From: Antechinus flavipes
Taxonomy: Eukaryota
Assembly: GCF_016432865.1 (NCBI RefSeq)
Contig: NC_067398.1
Location: 293,942,001-294,006,000, forward strand
Direction: 5' to 3'
DNA length: 64,000 nucleotides
Numbering within the stretch: the stretch's first letter is position 1; each line of letters begins with the position of its first letter. This document shows, piece by piece, positions 1 through 11,524 of the stretch. The translations under genes and the position numbers were made by a program. Under the pieces are notes generated by a model. That model was given only the letters and a program-made list of their open reading frames with translations. It was not told where the DNA came from and made no database searches.

Positions 1-29
1 TGTATAATCAGGAATACTATATTAAAAAA

Positions 30-170
30 ACTGTTATGGGGGGATTAGTTATGAAAGTCTTTGAATTCTAAGCAGAAAATTTTGTATTTGATCCCAGAAG
101 TGATAGGGAGCCGCTGGAGTTTAAGTAGGGAGGTAATAATATCAGACTTGCACCAATGGAAAAACTACTG
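30..170 (-). mobile_element. L2 LINE fragment (ancient)
   Basis: 'tttgatcccagaagtgatagggagccgctggagttt...' resembles the antisense L2 3' region. Confidence 0.6.
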
Positions 171-309
171 CATGGAAAAAATATATGCATATTTACAAAT
201 GATTTAGATAAAGATATGCATGTCTGTCAAGTCTGCAAGTGCTATAATGTTGCAAGACAAAGTTATCACAAAATTATTGGTTGAAATAATTAATAATTAA
301 GATCAAGAT

Positions 310-470
310 AACAGGTTAAATGTGATGGGCTGAATATAATAGGATAAAATTTCTCAAGGCAAAGCATCATAAGAGATCAAAAATTCAACTGCACAAGTAT
401 TAAAATAGGGATTCATGACTAGTCAACAATTCTTGTGAAAAAATATAGTTGGGATTTTTAGTGGTTTATA
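310..470 (+). mobile_element. L3/CR1 LINE fragment
   Basis: 'aaaaattcaactgcacaagta...tgtgaaaaaa...gggatttttagtgg' matches the CR1/L3 ORF2 3' region. Confidence 0.65.
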
Positions 471-984
471 AAAAAAGCAGGACATGTGAATCAGGCCCAG
501 CTGTGTTTGAACACAGCTTTTAACACTTACAAACTGTGTGACTAGGATAAGTCACTTAGCTTTTATGGTAGAAAATTAACCTGTACTTACCATTTAACTA
601 AAGCTTTCATAGATACTTTATCATTGTGCAAGTACTTTTTCTTAGAGAAAGATTCAAGCTAACAGAATCTAATCAGAGAATTAGACCAAAAAATTTCAAT
701 TTATATTTTATGGTAATCATTTATAAAATGATCCTATTATAGTTATTTAAAGTAGATGAAGGAATTACTCAGGAAGTTTTTTTTTTTATTTACACAATTA
801 AAAAAAAAAATTCCACAGGGAGAAATGCGGCCATATCCTTAGGAATACCTCTGGAAATTAAGGATTATCTCTCAGAAGAAAGGTAAGAAGAAAGAAGTTC
901 AGTAATTCAAGGAAGATAAAGAACACTAGGGCAATGATATTTTTTCAATACCGAATTTTTGCAACACAGTAGAATATTACTGTA

Positions 985-1135
985 CAGTAGTTTTTCATAA
1001 CTTTCAAAATCTCAGTTTGCTCATTTGTAAGGCAGGATATTAGTACTAGCTCCACTTCCCAGTGCTTCTATAAGACTAAAATAGGACATTAATATAAAGT
1101 GCTTGGCAAACTTTAAAACACTATACAGTTGTCAG
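985..1135 (+). mobile_element. MIR-family CORE-SINE 3' part
   Basis: 'ctcagtttgctcatttgtaa...aaagtgcttggcaaactttaaaacactata'. Confidence 0.7.
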
Positions 1136-2019
1136 TTCAAAATTATAAATTGCAAAAAATAAAAACAGATTATTATGTTATCAATTAAAATTAAAAGACA
1201 TACAAGTTAGTATTAGAAATAAGATTTGAACTCGGGTATTACAACTCCATAATCAGAGCGCTTTCTACTGTATCATATACTTGTGTGAAATATAAGCTCT
1301 TTGATCAATTAATTGATTGATATGTCATACTTTCTGTTATTCCTGGCTAAGGTGAGAACCAAGACAACTAAATCCCCTAAACTTAACAATGTCACTCTAC
1401 CTTTGTTGAACTTAACAGACTTAAAATTCAGCATGCTTTAACCATTAATGAAACAATGGACACTGTGATACATCATTTTCAATATGTACTTTGTTCTGTT
1501 GATATTTCATACCTGAGTATGCATTTATAAGAAATCATTTAGGCTGTTTTGATTCACCACTGAAATAGCAGAAACTTGTGCATAGAGTATTTATGCCATT
1601 TTTTCAGTCTTTACTGATATCCTGGTGGCATATCAATCAAGTTGCAATCAAGTAATTTTCTCTTCCTGTTTTTTTTTTTTCCAACTAGAAGTCTTGAGAA
1701 GCAATTTGTAAGTTTAAAAGATGAAGAAAGGCCTTGGTTTCTTTAAATTGTCATTCATATCTTGTTTCTGACACATAATAGCTGGGTTACAATGTACCTA
1801 TGAGTGCCCCAGGCAACTCTAAATTTATAAGTTACAGATGATCTGCTAATCTTTCATGGAAGATTAAAGAAGTTTCTATAATTTAAAAGTTCCTTAGGCT
1901 AATGAAATTATAGGTCCAAAACAATAACAAAAAGATGCCTAAACCAAACCATTAATAGAAATTTCTGAAATGAACAATTATGGCTCAATAAGCTACCCTT
2001 CCTTTCCATAGGGATGAAC

Positions 2020-2140
2020 AAACAAATGAATATAACATTTACTAAGTGTTTACTGTCTGCAAATCATTGTGATAAGCACTAAGGATACAAATAGGAAAAT
2101 AAGACTATCTGCTCTCAAAGAGCTCACATTCTACTTTAGG
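2020..2140 (-). mobile_element. L2 3' end
   Basis: 'catttactaagtgtttactg...aagcactaaggatacaaa...tctgctctcaaagagctcacattct' is a typical antisense L2 tail. Confidence 0.75.
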
Positions 2141-3380
2141 GGAAACATCACATATTCAGGTTTCAGTTATGTCATATGAAAAGGTCCCATAGTCCTTTAT
2201 GTACAGAGGCAAGCAGATGGTAAGCCTTACTATTAATGTTATTTCCACTGACAAAATCATATCAGTTTTTGATGATGAACTATTTTACCCTGCCAACGAC
2301 TTTGATGACAAGAGCTTTCTTTTTTTAAGAAGTAGTTGTGACTGAAGCACTTGCAGGAACAATTAATTACCAGGCTAAATCTTCACAGGAATTTTTTTTT
2401 TTCCCTAGGATGATGGCTGAGGAAATTGGCTGTCTTCATCAGGGTCTGAGCGGAGATGGAAGTCAAGATGATGATCCTTTAAGAGGCCTGGAGCATAGTG
2501 ACTGAAGCAAGAAAATACCTTGCTACTTGTTATAGATTTGACTGTCTTGTGAGTGCAGTTGGTGAGGATGGCTGGTCCTTTCTCTATACCACCACAATGA
2601 CTAGGCTAGAGTATGCTGCCACTCTTAAGAATTTTTGTTTCCAGGTGCCTATTGGTGGCAACTGATTAACAGTTGTTTCCCGGGGTGATGAGGAAATTGT
2701 GCTTTTTCACAATGATTTTTCCTCTCACTAATTAATAGCTTTGGGAGCTGGATTGGAAGCAAATCTGATGGTTTCAAGTTTACCACATGTTAGCACTTTG
2801 TCTAATGAAATGGTACATAAGTCTCATTGCCAGAACCTGTGCTTCCTAACTAATCTTATATTTTAGCTAGTGATACAACTTGAGATTTGTCAGAGCATAT
2901 CAGTTCCTTTCTAACTCTTAACATCTACAGACACCTGATTTGTTCTCCATTTCCACTTTTGCTAATTTTCAATTCCTATCTCTCAAAGCTATCCATACTC
3001 AAGATAACAGTTCTAATACTAATAGCCGAATTTTTTTTTTTCTGGAAGAGATGTCAGCTAATTAGCTTGGATTTTAAAACCAGTTTCAGTCTACATTGCT
3101 CATGGAAAATACTGAGAAGAGGAAAATGTTCATGTTCAAGTCCCAAAGGGCATATCTACTAGAGGGGCCTCATTGTCACAACAGAAAACATACTGATGGA
3201 AATCCTTCCCTGCTCAGGATTATCCATATTCTTCACAGACAGAAACTTGATATTCATAATTTATCAGAATTTGGAATCAACCAATATTTTATTAGGACAA
3301 TAGGGATAAAGCTAGGACTAGAGCTGTGATTTCTTGGGAAAAGAAATTCTTCAAGACAACTTCTATAGAACTGCCTGGAG

Positions 3381-3567
3381 AAAGAGTACCAAACTCAAAT
3401 AGAAACTGACTCCTGCAGGCTACAAAATTACTTAGAAAACCATAAATTAAGAATAGTTATGTTGTATTGTATTTCTTTTTATTTTGTTAAACATTTCCCA
3501 AGTACATTTTAATCTGGATGGAAGATAGGCACTGCGGAGTTTTGCAGCAATGAATTTGATACCTTGG
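3381..3567 (+). mobile_element. hAT-Charlie-type non-autonomous DNA transposon (marsupial MITE)
   Basis: Degenerate TIRs ('caaactc'...'gaatttgatacc'); the same internal sequence occurs inverted at 10773-10971; degenerate 8-bp flanks gcctggag/gctcagag. Confidence 0.7.
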
Positions 3568-4114
3568 GCTCAGAGCATTGAAAGTTAATTGACACAGTCA
3601 ATATTTATTAAACTTGAGCCCAGATCTTCCTGGTACCAGGTCAACTCTCTGTCCATATTGCCTCTCAAAACATATAAACTAAAATGAATATTATAACTAT
3701 CACTGATGACCCAGGCCATAATCAGGACAGTAAAGGCTGGGACTATGCATAGCTTATGGTGTACATTGGTTTTCATAGGATAAAGGCACATGTATTTTGG
3801 GCAGGTGGAAGGGATGTCAGATGGTGCTTTTAGATTATAACTGTATTACTAGAAGCAGGAAGAGGAAGGCACATGGTCATTATGCCCTGTTGGTACAAAC
3901 AAATACTAAAAGGGAAATACTGCTAGCAAAAGTGTCATTTTGGTGGTTGTTATTCTTCAAAATCACATCCTGACCTCCCCCCCCACAATGACTATGATTT
4001 ACTTCCTCAGGAAAGACTGAATTTTTTCAGACTCTGTACCCCTAGTTAATCACTTCCCCCATGTATGCAACCTTACCTGCATCCACTCTGGTCTTTTTCT
4101 TTTTCTTTTCCAGG

Positions 4115-4240
4115 ATAATGAAAAGTGTTTTGGATTTAGAAAGAGAAAATCTGAGATCTAGTTCCAGCTTTAATTAGCTCTGTGGCTATGAGCAAACCAT
4201 TCTACTTTTCTCATCCACAAAATGGAAATACACTATAGAG
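4115..4240 (+). mobile_element. MIR SINE
   Basis: Degenerate MIR core 'ctgagatctagttccagc...ctgtggctatgagcaa...ttttctcatccacaaaatgg'. Confidence 0.6.
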
Positions 4241-4969
4241 TTCATTTCAGATGTGCTCTGATAACCACAGAGCACAAGCAGAAAATTATTACTTCCTCTT
4301 TTTATTAACCTTATAGTGCTATCAAGGCTGCCCCTGGCAGTCCCAGATTAGAATAATTCTGTAGGTTACATTTGAATTGATAATGTCCCGAAACAAAGTA
4401 CAGGTTGTTAATTTACTATTTTGGTGCTTAAGTCCAGACTGAAAATTAACAGTAACCACTGCATCAGAAGGCAATTTTTTCAATTGAAGACCACAATAGT
4501 GTTCCTTGAAGAAATGAATCTACTCCCACAGCATCTAGATTTTCTAAGAAAGCAAATCATTAACGGGATTATATCCCTTCTACTGAAGCTATATAGATGG
4601 AGAAATTGCAAATGATAACAAGAACAATAGTTTTATTTATGTCTGCATAGATATCAACATGGATGCTTATTTACACAAAATGTTAATACTACAAAGTTTC
4701 CTGGTTTCAGGTTTCAAGTGGGTACTCTTAAAATGAAAGGTGAAAGGCATGTGTACATGTGCAGTCAGACACGTACATATATTGGTAACTTCAAGTTATA
4801 ATGTAGACTCTTTCCAGGGAATCTGTAACAGTGTCTGCAGAATGTTATGAACTAATGATGTGTCAGAAACAAGGATCAACTAGACCCACTGTTTTGATGA
4901 TTCAGTAGAATATTAACATCTGGAAAAGTATTCTATTTCATCCCCCTGGGTACCTTATACGTTTAGGTA

Positions 4970-5013
4970 CTGAGAACTTATTTGAAAGCTGCTGAGAACT
5001 TATTTGAAAGCTG
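4970..5013. repeat. Perfect 22-bp tandem duplication
   Basis: ctgagaacttatttgaaagctg x2 (4970-4991, 4992-5013). Confidence 0.95.
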
Positions 5014-6129
5014 CTGGTAAAGAGGTCTCAAGAACAGGCTGAGTAAATGACTTGTGTTTTTTGAGGTAAGAAGTCCCAAGAAGTTTGCCTTGTGCCAATT
5101 GTGAAGTAGAAATTGAAAGACATGTTGTCTGTCCTAGCAGGAGAACGTGATCACCACCCTTCCAGCTTTGGACAGTAATTTCAAGTTAAGATTAATGAGA
5201 AGGAACGGTCTATTGAATCTGGGACTGTTTTGAAGAGGAAAAGGAGGAAGAAGGAAGAAGAGTAAGAAGGAAAATTGGAGAATACAAAACTATTAGAAAG
5301 TGAAGAGTGAAAAAGTAACATTAGCTAGATCATCTCTGAACTGAAGCCCCAAATAATCTCTCATATCTTGACTTTAAGAGCTGAATACAAAAGAAACAAT
5401 GATCCACTTATCATGAGGTATTGGCAGAAGTATGAATGATTATCTACCATGGCATATCAGTATTTCAGGGTGGGGGGAAGGAGGAAAGAAGGTAATAGAC
5501 ACCAACAATAATGTCTTTAGTGCCTAAAGTTTGTTATGAGCCTGTGTAAGGGGAAGAGGATTGGGATATGATGTCATTCTTATGCTTTTTCGTTCAACAA
5601 TGGTCAGAGAGCTCCTATTAGTTCCCTATACATGAACAATGTCTTACATTCAAAGATTTTGAACTTCTTAATAGGTGGTAGCACATATGTAAGAGTGGAG
5701 GTCAAGCTAGACATACACTCCACCACGCTTAAAGGAAGGAACAAGATATGGATCTTCCTTTTAAATGAACTAAATGAGAACACATTTTGACTAGGGATGA
5801 ACAAGGCCTGAACACTTACCTATGTTTGACAAGAAGTCTTTTTGAATTAGTTGAGGAACTTGGCCATATCATATTCAATGGAGCTTATAATATCAGTGAA
5901 TGGTTTGAAAATAAATGATTTGAGTATCTAGAGGAGGAGAAGAGAATCACCAGAAAGAATTTTGACTCCTCTCTCCAAGCTATATGTTATATGTTCTCAC
6001 CTGATTAAGATGAGAACCCTTGATATCATTTGATCTTCTTTTAAGTGAAAACTTGTGCTTTACTTTCAATGGAGTGGACCAAAATGACATTATGATATAG
6101 AAATCAGGCACTATGTGTCTGACTGTGAC

Positions 6130-6370
6130 TGATTAGACTAATAAAGAGCTCTTTGGAGTTCTATCACAGGTGTGCCATAAACAGTCCATAGGAATATTTG
6201 GAAAGGAGATGTCTCTAAACTTACACATCTCATGTTTCTTTTGAACTATTATTGTTCTGCTTGACTCATTGGGCACAAGCCTTCTTTGATGAGGGCATGT
6301 TATGTTGCATGGTCCTGTGCCAGTGTCTCCCATGTGTCACAATCGATTCCAAAGTTCTTCAGAGATTTTA
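6130..6370 (-). mobile_element. RTE-clade LINE 3' end (marsupial RTE)
   Basis: 'ggtcctgtgccagtgtctcccatgtgtcacaatcgattccaaagttcttcagaga' is the antisense RTE C-terminus (ETLAQD motif); overlaps the family sequence at 38420-38746. Confidence 0.75.
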
Positions 6371-6804
6371 TGTTAGAGAAAAGAATTTTTTCAACTTAAG
6401 GTTGCAAATCACTAATTTCATTTGAAAACAAAATCTTGTCTCATAATATTTGTCACAACTGGAGTTAGTTCCCAACCTATAAATGGGACATGCTTCATAT
6501 GTTCCTTTGTGCATTGATTCATTAAAACTTTAAATTTATTTCCCTCCCAAGAATATAGTTCTAAGTGATGAATTTTCATAGGCTAGCCTTAAAAAGGCTC
6601 TGTAGCTACATAAAACCTATCCAAAAATTATACATTGTTTCTAAAAAGGAAAATACATTGTGATATTGGAACTCAGGATATCAGCAACAAGTTTCTTATC
6701 TTTATCCTCCCTGTCTTTGTCTGTCTGTCTGCCTCTCTTATCTCTGTTTCTCCTCTCTGCCTCTCTCTTTTCCTTTCTCCTTCTTCCTTCCCTTCTTTCA
6801 CTTA

Positions 6805-7083
6805 CAGCTGCTGGAACAATGAGCAACAAAAAAGCAGTGCAGCTGTGGGGTGAGAGATTTACTCACCAGCTGAGGTGACCACTTGCCACTTGGTCAAAAG
6901 GCAATTCCTGCAGCCTCCCTGGTAGCTATCTCTAACTTCCAAGAAAATCACTTCCTGCCATCTAATACAGCTGCTTGCCACCTGGTGAAAGAAATTCCCA
7001 AGTCCCTGGCATGACCAGCTGTTAATATACATAGAACTCCATGTACAGAATTCTTACACTGGGCATTCATGAGTGCACAACTG
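6805..7083. promoter_or_regulatory. E-box (bHLH motif) cluster, candidate enhancer
   Basis: CAGCTG at 6805, 6840, 6867, 6968, 7016; CACTTG at 6880, 6887; CACCTG at 6979; CAACTG at 7078; no recognisable TE here. Confidence 0.4.
6808..6849 (+). other. Candidate 42-nt exon (unverified)
   Basis: Long polypyrimidine tract ending 'cttacag|' and donor 'GG|gtgaga'; contains acaATGa reading MSNKKAVQLW; no protein recognised. Confidence 0.25.
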
Positions 7084-7299
7084 TCTGAATAGATTCCTTT
7101 CTGAATGTCCCAAATGATGCAATATGGAGTAGAAAAAAAGGCATTATGAACTATATGACTATGACCACATTCCATATCTAACTTCTCTGAACCTCAGTTT
7201 CCTTTTTTATAAACATGGGTTTATTTACCTTAGAGTGTGGTTGTTAGGGGGAAAATTGTAAACAATAAAGTCATGTATAACAATGAACTATTATAAATA

Positions 7300-7525
7300 G
7301 TGCAGGTGATGATTCAATGGCCCCCACTGGGGTCAGGAAAACCTGAGTTCAAATCTGACACTAACTGTGGGCTCATGGGCAAGTCACATAAGTGCTATTT
7401 TGTTCAGTTTCCTCATCTGTAAACTGTTCTGGAGAAGGAAATGGTAAAGTACACTATTATCTTTACCAAGAAAACCCCATGTAGGGCCATGAAAAGTTGG
7501 ACATGGTTGAACAACCCACAACAAA
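7300..7525 (+). mobile_element. MAR1-type CORE-SINE
   Basis: MIR core plus BovB-like tail 'ctggagaaggaaatgg...ccaagaaaacccc...ggacatggttgaac'. Confidence 0.8.
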
Positions 7526-8599
7526 TTATAGATAAGCTAGAGATAACTCAATAACCTTAGGAACAGTATAAACAAAGTATAAAATAAATTCAGGGCACTA
7601 GAATTGGAAGGGGCCTTGGAAGCTATCTATTACAGAGGAGGAAATGTATGGTCCAGGGAGCTTGCTCCCTCAAGGTAAAGATATATTTCTGTTGTTTTCT
7701 CTGTTGGTTGTAAGCTATTTTGCTTCTGGCCCAGACTTCCTATAGCATTTTGTTTTTAGCCCAGGCTTCCTATAGCTACTTGTTTGTTTTATCTTCCCCA
7801 GTTCAAAAACATTTAGGAGTCTTCCTGGGCCTTTTAGGAAGGTTAGCTGTGTTAGTCACCCATGTCTTATCATGGACAACAGTCTTCTGATTGCTTGGTG
7901 TTGGCAAAAAAAAAAAAAAAAAAAAAGTATTGTGGAACCACAAGTCTTTATGGAACACAGAGATGAGCTGTGAAGTTTGGACAGTCTAGCTGTCTTTTCC
8001 CGTGGCTGTAATTTGGTCTCGTTCCTCTTCCTGCCTCTATGCTCAGCCCCCTTCCTATACTTTCAGGTCATTCTGTGTTCCAAACAAATACTAATACTAA
8101 TCCTTGTAGCTGCTATTTGCTCCATTCAGTTCCTCTCTAAATCGCCTTTTCCTCATGTGGCACTATTGTTTCTTTGATTTCCTTGTTATGCACCTGTCAG
8201 TTCCCAGTCTTTGGGCTATCTATTTGCCCCTCTCCTCTTGCTTTTATTTATATAACTTTTTTCTCAAGTTCCCCAAATTTTGGCCCAAGCATGAGCAGTG
8301 TGAATGTAGGGAATGCCTGGAAGAACTGGGAGAAGTCCAGAAAGTATTATCAAAAAAAATCTTTAATCAAAACTCTTTGGTTTTTTCTGGGCCCAAGACC
8401 TCAGGTACACTGTCTGCTATCATAGTCAGAAATGCTAGGCAATTGATTCACAGAATCAAAAGGAAGCAGCTGCTGCCCATTAATTTGTTGGGAGCAGGAG
8501 GAAGAAAAGGGAGAGGAAATAACCTCTATCTCTTTCTTGGAGGTTTCTGAAGTTCCCCTGTAAAAGGCAGAGCTAGTCCAGGTTTCTGGTTGTTGTTTT

Positions 8600-9173
8600 T
8601 CTTTTTTCTTTTTCTTTTTTTATTAAAGCTTTTTATTTTTCATAACATATGCATGGATAATTCCTCACCATTAGTCCTTGCAAAACCCTGTGTTCCAATT
8701 TTCCCCTCCTTCCCTCCCTTCCCTAGATGACAAGTAGTCCAATATATGTTAAACATAGAAATATATGTTAAATCCAATATTGTATATATTTATACAATTA
8801 TCGTGCCACATGAGAAAAAAAGAGAAGCAAAGTAAAATGCAAGCAAACAAGAAGAAGAGTGAAAATGCTATGTTGTGAACCATCCAGTTCCTACAGTTCT
8901 CTCTCTGGGTATACATGGCTCTCTTTATTATTGAAGAATTGGAACTGGTTTGAATCATCTCATTGTTGAAGGGAGCCATGTCTACCAGAATTGATCTATG
9001 TATAATCTTGTTGTTGCCATGTATAATCTTCTGATTCTGCTCATTTCACTTAGCATCAGTTCATGTACATTTTTCCCTCTGAAAACATCCTGCTGGTCAT
9101 TTCTTACATAACAATAATATTTCATAATATTCATATACCATAATTTATTCAGCCATTCTCCAACTGATAGGCA
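8600..9173 (-). mobile_element. L1 3' end, 5'-truncated (dasyurid-type)
   Basis: Poly-T then L1 3'UTR/ORF2-end motifs 'catttcacttagcatcagttcatg', 'cctgctggtcatttctta'; degenerate TSD ctggttgttgtttt/ctggatgctgtttt. Confidence 0.9.
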
Positions 9174-9479
9174 CTGGATGCTGTTTTCTAAACAGACCCT
9201 CAGAATACCTGAGTGAGTTGAGAAAGAGAGAGAGAGAGAAAGAAAAACAGAAGAGAGAGAGAGAAAAAGCACTATGAAATTCCTGTGTGACAGAACAATT
9301 GAACTCTGGGAAGTCTGTTTATCTAGGTCTTATTCTATTTAATATATATTTGTGTTCCCCTTGGTATAGACATCCCTAGAGAGCTGAAGTCATCTAAAGG
9401 GCTGGCTCAGGCGCCAACTCCTTTGGGAATTCTTTCTTGATCTCCTTACTTTTCATGTGTTCTCCCTCCTCAACTGATT

Positions 9480-9615
9480 ACATTTTTGCTTATCTGTTTA
9501 CATGTTGTACTCTCCCAGAGAATGGAAGCTCCCTGAGAGCAAAGACTATTGTCTGTTTTCTTCTATGTCCCCAGGAGGCTTCAGATAGTTCTGTCAAATG
9601 GAATTATTGAATTCA
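9480..9615 (+). mobile_element. L2 3' tail
   Basis: 'gaatggaagctccctgagagcaaagactattgtc'. Confidence 0.65.
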
Positions 9616-10044
9616 AATGAAAATATTTTCTGAACCTATTTTTTTTCTGTCTCATTCTCTTGAAACCCTTCTTTTAAAAAGAAGCAGTTCTACTGCTGAA
9701 ATAGAAGGCTTTGACAAGGTTAGCTCTGAGATTCTTCTTCCCCCTGCTCCTATCTCCTACTTGAAGAAAGCCCCAAGCTTTGAGAGAAACTGGTTAAGTG
9801 ATCATTACTATTGTCACTTAATACTATAGCCATTGCTTTACAAACTCCTCAGCTTGTATGCCCTAAATTCAGCTCAATTTCAATTTCTAAGACCTTTCAC
9901 TGTACTCATCTAGGTTTGTCATCTACCTGCCTTTTTTTTCCATGCCAATCTTATATATTGCCCCTATTTCAGAGATATACTTACCTATACTTATACTTTC
10001 AGTTCTATAAATTAGTAGTATCATGTTAGCTAGTAGTTATAAAA

Positions 10045-10200
10045 ACTGGGTCAGAATAGTAGTCATAAAAACATAAAAACAAGGAACAAAGCCTCAGACT
10101 CTTATTAACTGTGTGACCCTGAACAAGTCACTTAACCTCTGATTCCCTTAATTCAGTAGAGAGGGAAATAGCAAAACTACATCAGTATCTTTGCTTTAAA
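10045..10200 (+). mobile_element. MIR SINE
   Basis: 'ctgtgtgaccctgaacaagtcacttaacctctg'. Confidence 0.7.
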
Positions 10201-10204
10201 AACA

Positions 10205-10580
10205 AAAACAAACATAAAAAATCCCACAAATAGTATCAATATGCTATGGTCCACAGTGTCATGAAAATTCAGGCATAACTGAGCAACAAAATTTTCTTCT
10301 GTGTCCCTCCTACCATCCCTTCCCAGAAAGTCATCTTTTTTCAAAAAACATTTTGAAAGGGAGGGGGAAAATTCAGCAAATCTAAACAAATCTAAATAAA
10401 AATACATACTGGAAAAGTATTAATATTGTATGTAATGTCCTACATCTCTGTAAAGGAGAGTTGCCTGTTTTCTTACTTTTCTTCTTAGTTTAATCTTTTT
10501 TAGTTTCAAGGCATTCTATTTCAATAGCTTTACCATTGTTCCTTTTACTTCCATTGTTATCATTGTGTACTTTGCTTTGA
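10205..10580 (-). mobile_element. Old marsupial L1 3' end (tentative)
   Basis: 'aaagggagggggaaaattcagcaaatctaaac...tattgtatgtaatgtcctaca' resembles older marsupial L1 3'UTRs. Confidence 0.45.
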
Positions 10581-10772
10581 TACTGAAGTTTAGAGAAATG
10601 AAGCCTGTCTACCAAGGTCAGAGCATGGGAGTCAAAGTTGTTCCTTTCTCTGATACCTTCCTCTTACCCACAAGTGCCCACAAATACCTCTTCACCACAA
10701 ATACCAAAAGAGAGATGACTGACAAGTGCTGACTGGTCAGAATGGAGGAGGGATAACAGAGAGGAGATAATG

Positions 10773-10971
10773 TAGGGGAAATGTCAAACATGCTGTCTGC
10801 TATGTGTGGCTCATAACACTCCCTAGTGTGGCCAAATCAGATTAAAATGTAATTGAGAAATATTTAACAAAATAAATAAAAATCCAATTAAACATTGATA
10901 ACATTGCTTTAAAACTAAGTATGTCGACACAGGGATACTCATGTACAGTTTCTATGTGAGTTTAATCCCAC
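10773..10971 (-). mobile_element. hAT-Charlie-type MITE (same family as 3381-3567), right TIR interrupted by an LTR
   Basis: 'cagattaaaatgtaattgagaaatatttaacaaaataaataaaa' is the reverse complement of the 3381-3567 interior. Confidence 0.75.
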
Positions 10972-11524
10972 TGTTGAGGTGTGAGAATTGAGGGTTGAAA
11001 GATCCCCTGACAGAAATGGGATCCCCTTTGGCCGGTGGCAGGTTTTGCAAAAGAATTCACAAACTCCAATGAATAGAGGCGAGAAGTTCGTGACAAATAC
11101 GGGTTTATTTATGCTAAGAAAACAGCTTTCTTAGTGGCAAAATTCTGTTAGGATAATTTTTTCAAAGGTTTTAGCAAAGATGGGTTTACCTTGAGAACAA
11201 CCAATTTCTCAGTGGATTTTCCTGATTAGAAATTGGCAGTGATAGATTGACAGGTCCCTGATCATATTGGAATTTGTCCTGCCCCAGCTGGGAGCAGTTT
11301 GAGGAACTATCTTCAACTCAATAAAGGGTGGCAATTATGCCCTTGACCAAAATCTCCAATTGAATGAGATTATTTATCTGGGTGTTTCCCTCATGAATGG
11401 GTGAGAGGGTTCCCTCAGAGGCTGAGAGGGTTTGAGAGTCAGGGGCACCCTTCCCCCAAAGATTAAAGGGGACACAATTTACATTAGGGCTACCCAAAGA
11501 TTAAAGGGGACACAGTTTACATCA
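10972..11524 (-). mobile_element. Solo LTR (ERV1-like)
   Basis: TG...CA termini (tgttgagg...acatca), perfect 4-bp TSD 'ccac' (10968-71, 11525-28), antisense AATAAA, ~35-bp tandem duplication at its 5' end. Confidence 0.85.

Noticed and set aside
2268-2348. Possible C/D-box snoRNA (ATGATGA ... TGATGA ... CTGA)
   Set aside because: No terminal stem, no convincing D' box, and no recognisable rRNA/snRNA antisense guide.
8155-8550. 131-aa ORF as a standalone gene
   Set aside because: No recognisable domain; the N-terminus comes from a T-rich tract. Only its middle part is kept as a weak exon candidate.
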